Shown here one piece after another: positions 1 through 12,507 of a stretch of 64,000 bases of DNA. Position numbers and translations under genes: made by a program. The stretch is taken from contig RBZT01000546.1 in the NCBI GenBank assembly GCA_003693705.1, forward strand, positions 124,001-188,000. The letters run 5' to 3'. This DNA comes from Polymyxa betae A26-41. Taxonomy: Eukaryota > Protista > Endomyxa: Phytomyxea. Within the stretch, counting starts at the first letter, position 1. Each line of letters starts with the position of its first letter. The notes under the pieces are model-generated. The model saw nothing but the letters and a program-made list of their open reading frames with translations. It was not told the origin of the DNA and made no database searches.

Positions 1-1823
1 GAAGGTTTTGTATATAAATATGAAGAAGATGAGAATGGTGCGGTTACATCTAATTTTCCTGTAAATGACCTAACACTTATATCCTGCGTGGCTATTCACG
101 ATCCTCCAAAAGTATAGTTTCGCTCACCACCTGCTTATCATCTGACTTCATTAGGTGGGTGTTCCTGATGCCGTTTCCAAATGTCAAAGTGCAGGTATTC
201 GTGTTATCATGATCACTGGTGACCATCCTGCAACCGCCGAAGCCATAGCGAGGCATTGTAATATAATCAAGGAATATCATACTAAAGAGGAAATAGCAGC
301 GCTAGGTGCTTCTACCGATCCCGGCGGGCAGGTTCGATATGGTATATTAGTCGATTCCTGCGAACTCAATCAATTGTAGGCGGAATTAGCTGGAGCTGCA
401 GTTGTTACTGGTGCTCAGATTGATCAGTACACAGAACAAGAATGGACAGAATTACTCAACATGAATGAAATCGTGTTTGCTCGGACTTCACCTGTCAACA
501 AGCTGCAAATTGTCGAACGTCTTCAGAAAATGGGAGAAATAGTAGCAATGACCGGAGGTCAGTTTGATGAAGCAAAAGATCAGCTCTTTAGTGATATGAA
601 TGTTCAGATGGTGTCAATGACTCTCCTGCTCTACGAAGAGCAGACATTGGAATTGCCATGTAAATACACTATAGATGCTAGTGAGAGTCTTTAAGTCTTG
701 TCCAGGGGATTGAGAGGACAGGATGTTGCACGCGAAGCCGCTGATCTTGTACTGATGGATGATGACTTCTGTACTATTGTAAATGGAATTGAAGAAGGTT
801 TTTCTCACCAAGGTCGTGTTAAAACTTCCATCATTCTAACATTTGCACAATTTTAGGACGGCTAATATTCGACAATCTTCGCAAAATCATAGCATATACA
901 CTTGCTCATTTACTGCCAGAAGTAACTGCCATTGCTATTACTTTAATTCTTGGAATGCCTTATGGTTTGAACTCGTTTATGATTCTGTCGATCGATCTTG
1001 GAACAGAGGTAAATCAACGCTCTGCACAGTTACCGGGTCACTTATTTTTCTTAGGTGTTTCCTTCGTTATCGCTGAGCTATGAAGAAGCAGAGGACGCCA
1101 TTATGAATCGTCCGCCTCGTGATGATAAAGTGGATCGCCTAGTTTCATCACAAATTTTCCTATATTCGTACCTCGAGATAGGAATACCTGTCTCCTTGAG
1201 TTGCATCTTCGCGTATTTGATGGTTTTCCAACAATTTGGAGTAATCGATTGTATTTTTGCACTAAATGTTATTTTTAAGCTTTTCCAGATTCAACTCAGA
1301 GATCTTATTGAATGCAAATATTTCACCCCTGGCTCCGCTCCTTACTTGACTACCGACGGCACCTGGATGTCTGCTTCCGAGCAGGTTCGGTTATTGCAAT
1401 CCGCCCAATCCGCTTTCTTGGCCACTATAGTGCTGTCCCAGTTTTGGCACGTTTTTAACGTAAAAACGAGAGTCAATTCTGTATGTGATTTGATAAGCAA
1501 ATTGGATTTGTTTGAGCATAATGACAGATTTGGGAACATGGTATCTTCAACAACCGACTGATGAATGCCGGCGTCCTCGTTGCAATCGGATTGCTTGTTT
1601 CCTTTATCTGTACGTGCTTAAGAGTCGCTTCTTAACTGAATTAACGCCTTTTATAGACATTCCTTTTATGAATGAAGGATTTGGAACTGGTTACATGAGC
1701 GAAACCTGGATTTGGGTTCCTCATCTTTTATCTATGACCTACATCACTGCATTTAATTTCTTCCGAAAATATAAGCTTAGGCAAGACTTAAATAGCAAGT
1801 TTTCATATTGGTTTGGTTGGTAA
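1..1823 (+). CDS. P-type ATPase, Na+/K+- or H+/K+-ATPase alpha-like (P2C-related), 5'-truncated, multi-exon
   Basis: Spliced motifs [27 protein letters not shown]|[66 protein letters not shown]; stop TAA 1821-1823. Confidence 0.93.
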
Positions 1824-1986
1824 GTCCTTACCAACGGATAATGCACAAATACATTCGGAAGGTAGTTATAAAACTAGAGATATCAAACAGCGAGGCAAAG
1901 ACAGACGTTTGGATGGATTTGTAAATACAGCTTAATCATTTATCAATTAAGGATGATGCAAATTAAACACAACACGATTATGCGTT

Positions 1987-3914
1987 TCAATGCATGAATC
2001 GGGACGCCAGCGTATCTCTGTTATTTACGCTATCGGGATTTGAGAAGTTGGAGTCGTCGTTGGATGTCCCTTTGAAGTTGGGTAGAAGAAGTTCAGAAAG
2101 ATCATCGCCAGATGAACCAGTCCGAAGTGTTGGATCAGATAAACGCAGAATTGCCTCATCATACCACACTCTGGCTTGGGTGTTACTCGGGTCGATCAAC
2201 ATGGCTTCCTTGAAATCTTTCAAAGCCATCTCGTGATGACGTATCATCTCTGCAGATGATTTGTTGCCTTCCTTGGCTTGGGCCATAACGGTGAGTCCAC
2301 GCGTCACCAGAGCAGATACGCAACGCGGACGTAAAGCGAGTGTTGCTTCGCAATCGGCGATGCATTCCGCATACATGCCCTTGTTGTAGTGAGTTAACGC
2401 CCTGGTGAGATAAGCGTTCATTGCAGAATTTGAGGTGGGATTGATGTCGATTGTCATCGTGCAGTCCATTATAGCTAAATCGAACTGCACCGTCCATCTT
2501 CAGTAAAAGCCAAACAATACGACATGTGACCATCTACCTCTCCTTTACTGTTGAATGCCATTCCTCGGTTCGTAAATGCATCGGCGTATGAACAGTCCAG
2601 AGCGATGGCGGTCGTGAAGTCGTCCAATGCTTGGTCGGTCATGCCCTTAGCATAATACACAACCCCTCGATGGTTGTACAACATAGGGTTCGAAGAATTC
2701 AATGCAATCTCGCGAGTGTACTCTTCTATACTCCTGTCGTAGTTTTCGGCTGCGTCAACGGGTGGTTGGATGGATGCGGAAGTTAGCCCGCCTTCGTCGA
2801 GGGAGGCCGGAATTCCAGTGTTAAATGCATGATTGCTAGTGAAGCAGTCCGAGCTGCTCATCAATGCATTGTTCATGGAATTGGGATTCGTGTCGCCTCC
2901 GAAGCCACCCATTGACATTGGCGAAGGAGACTGCATCGAGAACTGACGGTTGTCATCTCGCTTCCGCTTCTTCATCATCCGTGCCCATTTCGATTTCAAA
3001 CTATGAGCAGTTCTATGTGAGAGATGTGGGCGATAACGAGCATCATGCAGAATGGCTTTCCAATCAGTCCCATATATCTCGAAGCCCTTCACCAAAGCAT
3101 CAGTTTCGAGTCGGCCCCAAGACCGCATCGATTGCAGAGGCTGATTGCCTTGTGGGTACCCTTCCGAGAATCCGTCCAAGCCTTCGCTATTACAATCGTC
3201 TTGGTTGTTGTTGGCATGGTTGTTGTTATCGAACAAACTTGGTTTGGGCATCTCCTGCAGCTGATTCCAAAACATCTGCAGAGCAGCCGGCGACCTGTTC
3301 ATTAGCGGAACAGCATAGTTCGGATCCGATAAGATTGCGGTCCAGTTGGGGCCATATCGTGCCGTACTTTCCTTCAGAGCTTGAATCTCCTCTGGTCGGA
3401 ATGGTTCAAACATGCCTTCACAAGACCCTCCGATACCGCCGTAACCGTCCATAAAAGGCTTGCCAAATGGGTTGTTGAGTCCACCCATCAGTCCGCCCTC
3501 GATTCCCATAAATCCCATGGATTGTCCTGGCGGAATCGATTGATGGTGACCCCAAAGCCGAGAGTTCACATTCATCTTCTCCTCGTGCTCCTTCGACATT
3601 TTGTACCACTTGAGTTTGAGCGATCCTGCAGACCTCCCGCCCAACGTTGGCGCGAAATCATTGTCGTCAAGGATAGCCTTCCAGTTTCTACCGTAACGCG
3701 CAACGCCCTGTTGAAGTAATTCAACCTCGTGCGATTTCCAGACTTGTTGTTGAGCGCGCGCACGTTTGCCTTCGACTGCTGTTTCCTGATTAGCAGCGTT
3801 CGATTCGCCACCACTGGAATCACGCTGGCTAGAACCCCCTTGAAAACGATTCGACTTATGATTGAGATCGCCGGGTAAACGGTCGTTTCGGAGTACGTCG
3901 GTTGCAGTGGACAT
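1987..3914 (-). CDS. Protein with three TRF/telobox-type Myb domains plus C-terminal TPR repeats
   Basis: Three repeats of W/F..E...L.....YG..W.AIL.D......L..R....L...W (e.g. WKSHEVELLQQGVARYGRNWKAIL...RSAGSLKLKW). TPRs YNHRGVVYYAKG...ALDDFTTAIALD, AFTNRG, AYLTRA, ALVTRG. Intron 2485-2537 joins the two ORFs in frame. First ATG at 3914. Confidence 0.85.
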
Positions 3915-4307
3915 GGATCGAAAATCAGAAAATCGAGATCCAGAGTTCGCTGGGCCACGACCGCAGGGTTCGGATCGAATCCGAGACAAAAGCGGAACAG
4001 AGCGTTGGCAATCGAAGAGTACGCCTACCTGTGAAATCGAACCGAAAGCGATAATGGACTGTGACTGTATCGAGTACAGTCAAGTACCCGATGGGACGAT
4101 GTTTAACTGCTGTTCTCGAGAACATGCAGTCCTCGAAATGGTTTCAGGCCCCGTCACAGCCCCCGTAAGACCAACAGTCCAAGCTACCTTGAATTAGAGG
4201 GATCCCGAGCCAGGTCAGACTTTTCCCTCGATTAGCTGTGTATTGCGACCCGCAACAGGCCAGATTTGTTGATTTACAATTCTGAAAATGAATAATACAA
4301 TGATGGA

Positions 4308-5879
4308 TTACTGTTTGCCTTTGCCAGTGCTGGGTTTCTTAACATATTTAGTTGGGACAAACGGCATTGGTACAATTTTGGCTGCCTGGATGTTCTTCCG
4401 AACTTGAACAGCGATTGTAGTGCCGATTTCATGTTCCGTCTCGGTGGTGACATATCCCATTGCAATCGGATGCTTAAGAAATGGGCTGAACCCGCCGCTT
4501 GTGACCTGCCCGATTTCTTTGCCTGTGAAACATTAGTGGAAGAACTCATTCAGCTTGACACACCTTACCAGTATTGTCAACAATAACAGTTCCTTCACGG
4601 GCTGGGGCTCCTTCCACCTTCATTCCAATACGAATTTTGGATACAGAGACTGAACCTTGCAACTGTCCTAAAATGTGATCTGCACCTAAAAAACCCCCTA
4701 TTTCCCATTCAATAGTGAACTTCAGAGATACAAATGTCCTCTAACCTTCCTTTCGTCGACGCTTGCCGATCGTCCATGACAAGCCAGCTTCGACTGGGCT
4801 GATTTCATCATTAAGGTCATGACCATATAATGAGAGTCCCGCCTCAAGCCTCAAAGCATCTCTCGCTCCAAGACCCTGCTCATCCCTTCAGAAGACTTGC
4901 CAAGTGAAGTTTTACAAAATATGATACCGCTAATTGACATTCGCTGTTTTTGAGCAATTCTGAAACAATTGGTATGGAGTCACCAATTGGAATAGAAATC
5001 TCAAATCCGTCTTCTCCGGTGTATCCCGATCGTGATACGGTACATTGTGTTCCGCCAAGAGACATTTTCTTTGAAAAAAAGAAATAAAGATCTTCAAGGG
5101 TATCACCTTCTAGAAGCTCAGATAAAAAATGGGAAGCTTTTGGTCCTTGTAATGCTATCAGTGCTTGGTCTGATACAATTTCCATCTCGACGCTATTCTT
5201 GCTTTTGTTGAACAACTCTATTTGAGATGACAGATGAGCCTAATTGAAAAATGTTATCGGCATCCTACGATATACTGCACGAAACAGTTTTACAATGTCT
5301 TTTTCACTGCAAGCGGCATTGCAAACAATATGATGGTAAGCCACATGATTTGTAATAACGGCGTCCTGAAGACAACGAGAACCAAATAATCAATCACCGA
5401 TTAGGTAAATATTGAAGCAACTTTTACATCAATTATACCGCCTTGTGGATTGGTGAATAAAGTATACTGGCCTTGATTTGGCTTCAGGTTCCCGATACTG
5501 CTGGTGCAGAGAGTTTCAAGAAACTTCACTCGCGAGTCTACGTCGCCATGTATTTTCAACTGCAACCATCATCTGACTCGTCATTTGCATACAAAAACGA
5601 ATTTCTACCTGTTGCATATGCGATACATCAAATATAGATGCCTTACTTCTTGTATGTAGAGATTCATTCAGAACACCAAGGCCTGCATACTGGACTGGCA
5701 AGTTCCATCCAGCGAATGGCACCATTTTGCCACCATGCTCTATATGTAACTCTTTCAAAGGAGACTACAAAATCCAGAGTCTGAATAAAGCCCTCTCCAC
5801 GTAGGTTTGGTACCTGGCGTAAACTTGCAGTCGCCGACGATAACGCTTGCCAAGTCTGACTATTCCAGCGTTTCAACAT
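4308..5879 (-). CDS. GCVT: Glycine cleavage system T protein (aminomethyltransferase), mitochondrial
   Basis: [66 protein letters not shown]-terminal MPFVPTKY; basic/Ser-rich N-terminal targeting peptide. Confidence 0.96.
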
Positions 5880-6149
5880 CGCAATCTATATCGGCACTTT
5901 TAGTCAGTATATGACTCTCAAGGAGATAACCAAGCAAGTGTAGAGACAAGCAAGAAAGCGAAGAAAGAGACCACGTGCAGTTTCTACTAATAAGGATGCT
6001 GTTGTATGTAACATATCAACGTCGCTTCAAGTATAGCGAGCCTAAAATACCCAGCATTTATGCGGGTAATTTTCAATCCCAACCAGGATCGCCAAACAAA
6101 GCGAAATTTGTTTTAAAATAGATAAACCTCATAGCAATTAAAACTAGTA

Positions 6150-9100
6150 GATGCGACCGGAATGGCATTCCTTTTTCAAACTAATACAACAAATTCATAT
6201 TAGTCTTTCATTGTGTTCTCAAGGCGAAGGATGCATTCGAGGTTTGCATCTATGTTTCAGATACGAATCAGCCGATACAAAAGTTAGATTGTAAATTCAA
6301 AGACTCCTCCAAAGTCATGTATGGTAATCTCCAATGGTAATCATGCTAGACACGAAAGCTCGCCAAGCGATTGTGAGGCCATCTAACGGGGATATTCTCA
6401 CGCGATGAATGAGATGACACTGTAATAGCGATGCGGGGCTGGTTTCGAGTGCATTCATGACTGAGAGGCAGTCACCAGTTAACATTACATGAATGGAACT
6501 CGTCAAGGCAAGAAGACGATCACTTTCATATTACTAACGATGGGTCGAGATGACAATCCTGTGCATAAATCCAACCTGCAATGCTTGGTTGATGCCCTGC
6601 TCTACGATCGGCCTTCACACCGATCCAGCATGATCATCCAACGGTTGCGACACTCGCTGCTTGCAACAGCGCAGAACCCGATGATCCCATTTGATGCTGA
6701 TTATGCAATGAAGGCGAACTATGATAATGTTATGCCCGATTCGGATGCAGGTTCCATGAATCCCCGACAGAATCCATTAAATTCTGTCATTACTGCCTGG
6801 GATTATTCAGTGAAAGAAGATGAACTTGAACCCAGTTGGGAACCCGAATCTCTTACGCTTAGGATAGCCGAGAGCGACAACTGGATGATACAGGAAAATG
6901 AACCCTCATGTAAGCGTAAACAGGACAAATCAAGTAAAGTGATGGCAACCTCGTCGACAAAACGCCCAGAGAGCACAAATCAGAAAAATAAGAAGATATG
7001 TAGCTCTCAGAACTCTTCGCTGATAGTACCGAAGGAAAACAGAAGGAGTCGAGATCAATGCGAGTTGGAACAATTCTCAGAGAATGTGTGGAAGCGTTTT
7101 ATTTCTGGAAATAACTGCAACTCTGGCTGCTCACAAGATGGGAAGAGAAGGAAGCTCGATTCAAATACTTCCATAATGGATCTTCGATCCGGAGAGGATT
7201 CGTCTATATTGTTGAACGCTCTTCGAAATGTCCTTGATTCAAGCAGGATATTTCTGGCTTGCTTGCGTGAAGATGGCTCTACAAACATGCATCAAACTTC
7301 AAGCAACAATGATATTAATCCAACGGAATTGCTGATAGCAGTATATGGTGATGATCAAAGCACGAAGCCGCTCCTCTTTAAACATTGCCTTGTGCCAGAG
7401 AAGACAGAGAAACCAGAGCAATCTGTAATGTAAAAGCGATGCTGTTTGCTTCTTTTGATTGTCAGTTAGGTCATTTTATCGATATTGAACAGCCCTGCTG
7501 TGAAGATCGGATTTGACTTCAAATGCTTATTTCGCTGGATATTTTCCGTCTGCCATCCTGCAGCAAATGCATTCACTATTTTAAAAGGAAGTTTCTTTGA
7601 TCTCAAACTTGCAGCTTGGCTGCTGTACACCGATAGCCCAACTGACGGGCTGACCTTCGACTCAATATCTTACAGAATCCGCTGTAATGAGGAAATAAAG
7701 ATGCAAAAGCTTTGCGACGCTCTGGTAAGTGCAGTAGTGTCCCTTTTCCAGTTTGTCGCTGTTTGAAAAACGCTTGCAGGATAAGTTCCCCAAGAGTATT
7801 CGTGACGACTTTTTAGAGATGTCGTTGCAATACAGAGGCATGTTGCAAATACAAATACAACAAAACAGAAGGTTGACCGACGAAGTCAATTTCGAATCGA
7901 AAATCGCATTAATACTGGCGACTATGGAGCTCTTCGGCGTCGAAGTCAACTTGGAATATCTACGAAGCCAGGTAAATACCCTGCTCTTCTCACTATTTTT
8001 CCATTCACTTCATTATAAACAGCGTGCTAAAATCAAGGACCATTTGCTGGACATAGAGCAGCGCTGCCATGACATCGCTGGGCACGAATTCAATTTATCT
8101 AGCCCCGAGCAGATCGCCCGAGTTTTATACGACGAACTTGGTTTATCAGCACCAACTAAACTGGCCTCAGGGCATCGCTCAACAGCTGTCAGTGCAAAAT
8201 CTAGGTTTCGTCCCAGAAAGTTTATCTGTCTTAGGAGCCTGCTCTGGAGTCATTGCGAGAGAAACATGATTTGCCAGCGATAATCTTACAGCATCGAGTT
8301 CTTTCAAAGCTGATGGGAACTTGTATGCAGTATTGGGATTGCATTCCGATGTTTAATCAAGCTCACTAGATATCGATCCGTTGATATTAGCAGGCAAATC
8401 GAATGACGGGATTGTCAGAACGAATTGGAATCAGCACGTTTGTGCCACTGGAAGATTGTCCTCATCCGGTACAGCTCAATTACTAGACCGATGATAACCG
8501 AACCTGAATGATGCACAGGACCTAACTTACAAGTTCAGTAATTTACGGCTCAAGTGATCAATATTAAACTGTGGTTTGCAGTCGCTGCCTAAGGAAGTGG
8601 CACTTGAACGCTCTCACGATGAGATCGAAAATTACACTGCCAGTATAAGACGAGCCTTCATTTGCGATATAGAATTTGTTCTGATATCTGCAGATTACAG
8701 GCAAATGGAGGTTAATTCAAGTGTTAATCATAGCAATTTATTGAATGTGAACAGGTTCGTGTTTTTGCGCTGTTATCAAGAGACAAACACCTAAATCGGA
8801 TTGCAAACGCTTATGACGTCTATCAGGTTGGAATGTTTTCGGTTCATTCGAGTATTAACGCATGCACTAGGTATTAGCTGGCATTATTTTTAACAAGCCA
8901 TCTTCGACGGTCAGCGCATCAGAAAAATCTCAAGCTAAAACCATATTTTTGGCTCTGATGTATGGAATGGTTCGAAACGAATGAAACTGAAAAATCGTTA
9001 TTCGAACATTATATCAGGGGGCGAGTTCGCTAAGTAAGCAGTTGTCCCTATTGACCAAAGTACAGTTCTGGAAGTTTCGGGATTTTCTCTTGGCTTTTTA

Positions 9101-9818
9101 CTATGATTTTAGAGGAACTTTAGCGTTGCGGATGCTGGTGTTTTCAGCAAGAAAGTTATATCGCAGGTCTGTGCCCGCTGCCCACAATACCTGCGATGTT
9201 CACTAAGCGTCTGACAGTTCCCACAAGTCCAGGAGTTTATAACTTCAACTATTGCGTTTTGTCGCCAGCATGGATACGTTGAGACCATTACTGGGAGGCG
9301 GCGTTACTTGCCAGATATTACCTCAAACGATGTGCAAAAACGAAGGCAGGCTGAGCGTCAAGCGGTGAACAGTGTTATCCAGGTATTGTCGTTCAGATCT
9401 GATATCAAAACTTTTTTTAACGTTCGGTACACAGGGATCATCATCTGATATAATGAAATGCGCTATGCTTAAACTAGTTCTATTGTTTGAGCAACATTCC
9501 TTGTCGAATACTGCCAGAATCAGGCTCCAGGTAAAATCCATTTTCTTCAGATTACATGTAATTATTTCTTAGGTGCATGATGAATTAGTTGTCTCTTGCT
9601 CAAACAATACAGTAACATTGGTCAGCGGGCTAATTGTTGAAGCGATGCAGGAAAACGACATGACTCAAAAGCTCAATGGACATTTGCAGGTTGCTCAAAT
9701 TGCGCATCAAATCAAGGTTTCTGACGATTGCCAGGTGTCAATACAGGCAGGAAAGAATTTAGGTGATCTGAAGCCTTTAGATGTTGAAACTAGCAGTCTT
9801 CAATCTCTGGATTGCTAA
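6150..9818 (+). CDS. Family A DNA polymerase (Pol nu/theta-like polymerase domain, no helicase seen); 5' end uncertain
   Basis: FFDLKLAAWLL (exonuclease-like), FNLSSPEQIARVLY, ATGRLSSS|GPNLQ|SLPK, motif A ISADYRQME|VR, motif B AK...YG, GYVETITGRRR, AERQAVNSVIQ|GSSSDIMK, motif C LQ|VHDELV. Confidence 0.9.
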
Positions 9819-9855
9819 GCTCCAACAAACCTTTTCGTTGGCTCGGGGATTTTAA

Positions 9856-10619
9856 TTACATTCGTTTTCCTTTTTCCTTGCGATATTCGGCAATTTTCCT
9901 AATGATCCGTGGCTCTAATTCCTTCTGCAACGCTCTGCGAAACCCTAGACAGAACCCAATTTCCACGCAGACGAATAATGGCGCCAAAACAAGCGACTGG
10001 AAAAAGCTATCCAAAAGTGCAGGAGCTCGACCTAAGCCTCTGTTAAAATTTTCACTTTCATTTGATGCTGTTACCTTCAAAATACTTGTGAGAGAGGATC
10101 TGTGCTATCCAGGAGAAAATATGCAAAGCAATGGCGTATTTCCAAGCGTCTACTGGGAATGTCTTGTAAATCGCATTGGCTGATACGAGACATGCCAGTA
10201 ATAAACTGTTTCCAGAGATCTTGATTTGGTGTTAGTCGAGATGAAGTTCGCTCAAACACCCTATCACTTACTGCACCAATAAAATCGATGTAGATATATA
10301 TTATAGCATACAGGCAAAAGGCAAAGAAGGCTAAATTATATGGGATCACGTTATGAATTGGCTTAACATGAGGCAATAGTGGACCAGAGTAGCAGAAAAC
10401 TATGTAACTCTTAAGGTAAGTACATGTGAAAGGAATGAGCCCCATACTTACTGATTTCAGCTGTTAATATCAAGGTTGGAACAAAGACGAAGTGGATAAG
10501 TTTGTTCCTGTACTAACTCTTAAGATACTAAAGCCGATTAACGGTGAGCCTTCGACTAACCATTTGTTATGGTGGTATGAACCATAAAATGCAAGTTGAT
10601 CCACGATATTGAGGACCAT
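9856..10619 (-). CDS. Mpo1-like (DUF962) ER membrane protein
   Basis: MVLNIVDQLAFYGSYHHNKW|NKLIHFVFVP and GRAPALLDSFFQSLVLAPLFVCVE are family hallmarks. Confidence 0.88.
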
Positions 10620-10902
10620 TCTCGTTGTCTAATCACACGAAACTAAGCGAAGTTGAACAGCAGATCAGATGACTAAAAAACACAGCAACGAACAAGAAAG
10701 TGGCGCGGACCGTGGAACAATTCAAAACTTAAAGCACAGCTAACCTCGAAATCACTTGTTGTAACATCCAAACACTTTTGCCATTAAAATGCAGCGGAAA
10801 AGTTCACAAACGTGACGATCTGGCTTGCATTCTGGGTGAATTTGCAGCATATTCTGAATAATTTTGAAGTACGAAGCACTACGAATGAAAGCACTTATGG
10901 GG

Positions 10903-10911
10903 AAACCCTAA
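10903..10911 (+). promoter_or_regulatory. Telo-box AAACCCTAA in the Mpo1/QCR7 divergent promoter
   Basis: Exact AAACCCTAA about 80 nt upstream of the QCR7 ATG. Confidence 0.55.
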
Positions 10912-10990
10912 CGCAGTCCTTCAGTCGACTTGTTACAGTACGTAGTTATCGTGCTCGTCGTTGGTAGTGCTTCTCTCGCTTAACCTGACC

Positions 10991-11367
10991 ATGACCGTTT
11001 TCAACAAAGTAATGAACATGCTAGCTGCCTACCCTCGAGCTCGGATTGCAACCCAGCTTCGGAAACAAGGTAAAGGATGATGGCCGGCCAGCGCGATGTT
11101 TTCAGCGCTTATCCCGTCTTGTCAGGCTTGTATGCTGAGGATCTAATCGTCGAACGCACCGATCTTACAGAGGCCTTATTACGATTGCCCGCCGACGTCG
11201 TCGAGAATCGCAACCGACGTATCCGTCGGGCCTTCGACCTGTCGCTGAAGCATGAAGACCTTCCTGTCCATCTTCAGAACTACGACCCGTTTGAATCCTA
11301 TCTCGGAAATGAAATGGCGAAGGCGTCGCAGAAGAGAGTGGAGCTTGAGATCATCGACCGAGCATAA
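10991..11367 (+). CDS. QCR7: Cytochrome b-c1 complex subunit 7
   Basis: LRKQ|GLYAEDLI...EALLRLP...RNRRIRRAFDLSLKHEDLP...DPFESYL; one intron near 11070-11125. Confidence 0.93.
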
Positions 11368-11438
11368 TACATTCAGCCAACGTTTTCATACCCGAATCCA
11401 TCTTCATGTTTATTTGATAGGTGAATAGCATGAAAGCT

Positions 11439-12418
11439 TTATCGAATGCATGTACATGTGCCCCTGGGTGCACAAACATCATCCAACGCCTCGGTTGTTT
11501 TCGAGGCTTCGCAACCGACCCTTACTAATAATGGGCATAGCTTTAGCTGCTGAAGTAGGCCGTCCTTCTAGCAAAAGTCATTAAAAATAGATGGAGATCA
11601 GGCCAGTGATTATTACCCCAAATAAAGATTGCAAATGATCCTTCCTATCTGCTCGAATAAAGAACTGCTCGCCGCTGTGAGATGTTAAGATCTGCTTCGG
11701 GGCTTTTTTATTCTTGAATCCTTTCATCTGTGATCACTCAACATTTGAAATAAATCAGGGATCTCGGCAAGATCTTACAGTTCGTAAAAACCTGGATTTT
11801 AAAGTGACCAGTAGATCGATTCCTTTATCACCGTATAATGAAACGTCGATCTGTGTCAGGATTTCGCCAATAATTGCAGGTACTAACGCAGGCATTCATT
11901 AGAGACAAAAGTTTTCTTACGAATGGAAAAAAAGTACGAACTTGATAGGTGTGATTCGGTTCTGATGTTCTCGTGTTTACCATACGTATAATGATGCTCA
12001 AAATCCAAATAGGCATAATATCTATGTAAGCGGTGAACATGGAATCAATAAAGTCCAACCAAGCAGGTACTTACTTGGTCCTTTCCAAAGACGATTTTAA
12101 CAGCGTCCTGCCATCGACTAACACAAATAAATAAACAAAACCAGTAACCTGATCATATGATACAACCTTGTGATTTCCATTGGGCTTCAAGCCTGCTATT
12201 CTCTTCATGAATCGTCACTAAGCGAACACAAAGCTGACGCAGATAGTCGCCCAATCGATTACAATGCTGCAGGCGATCAGCAAAATCGCATTCGATCTGG
12301 CCTTCCGACCTACCGATTCCAGGACGCCCCGCTCCTTATTCAGAGCGGCCAGCTCGGTCGCCGACATCACACGCGATCGTAAGGGAAAGCGATTACGGCG
12401 GGCGCGGACTGCGACCAT
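11439..12418 (-). CDS. Hypothetical multi-exon protein
   Basis: Open exons separated by GT-AG introns can be chained (...SLERTKYYAYLDFEHHY..., ...KDGLLQQLKLCPLLVRVGCE...CTCIR*); no family recognised and some junctions are uncertain. Confidence 0.45.
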
Positions 12419-12507
12419 GAACCAGATGGCCCTGCCTGACAGGCTAGTACGACCGAATCCAGAGTTGACAAAGACGGGATTATGTATGATTTATATGAAG
12501 CGATTGC

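Noticed and set aside
2864-4197. Plus-strand ORFs overlapping the Myb-TPR gene
   Set aside because: Antisense shadows of a long exon; no recognisable motifs.
11439-11460. C-terminal CTCIR as a prenylation signal
   Set aside because: Cys is at -3 and -5, not -4, so it is not a CaaX box; the gene model is also uncertain.
11500-11715. Possible snRNA or Pol III RNA ending in a T-run
   Set aside because: No U1/U2/U6/SRP signature; the region reads as open minus-strand exons of the hypothetical gene.
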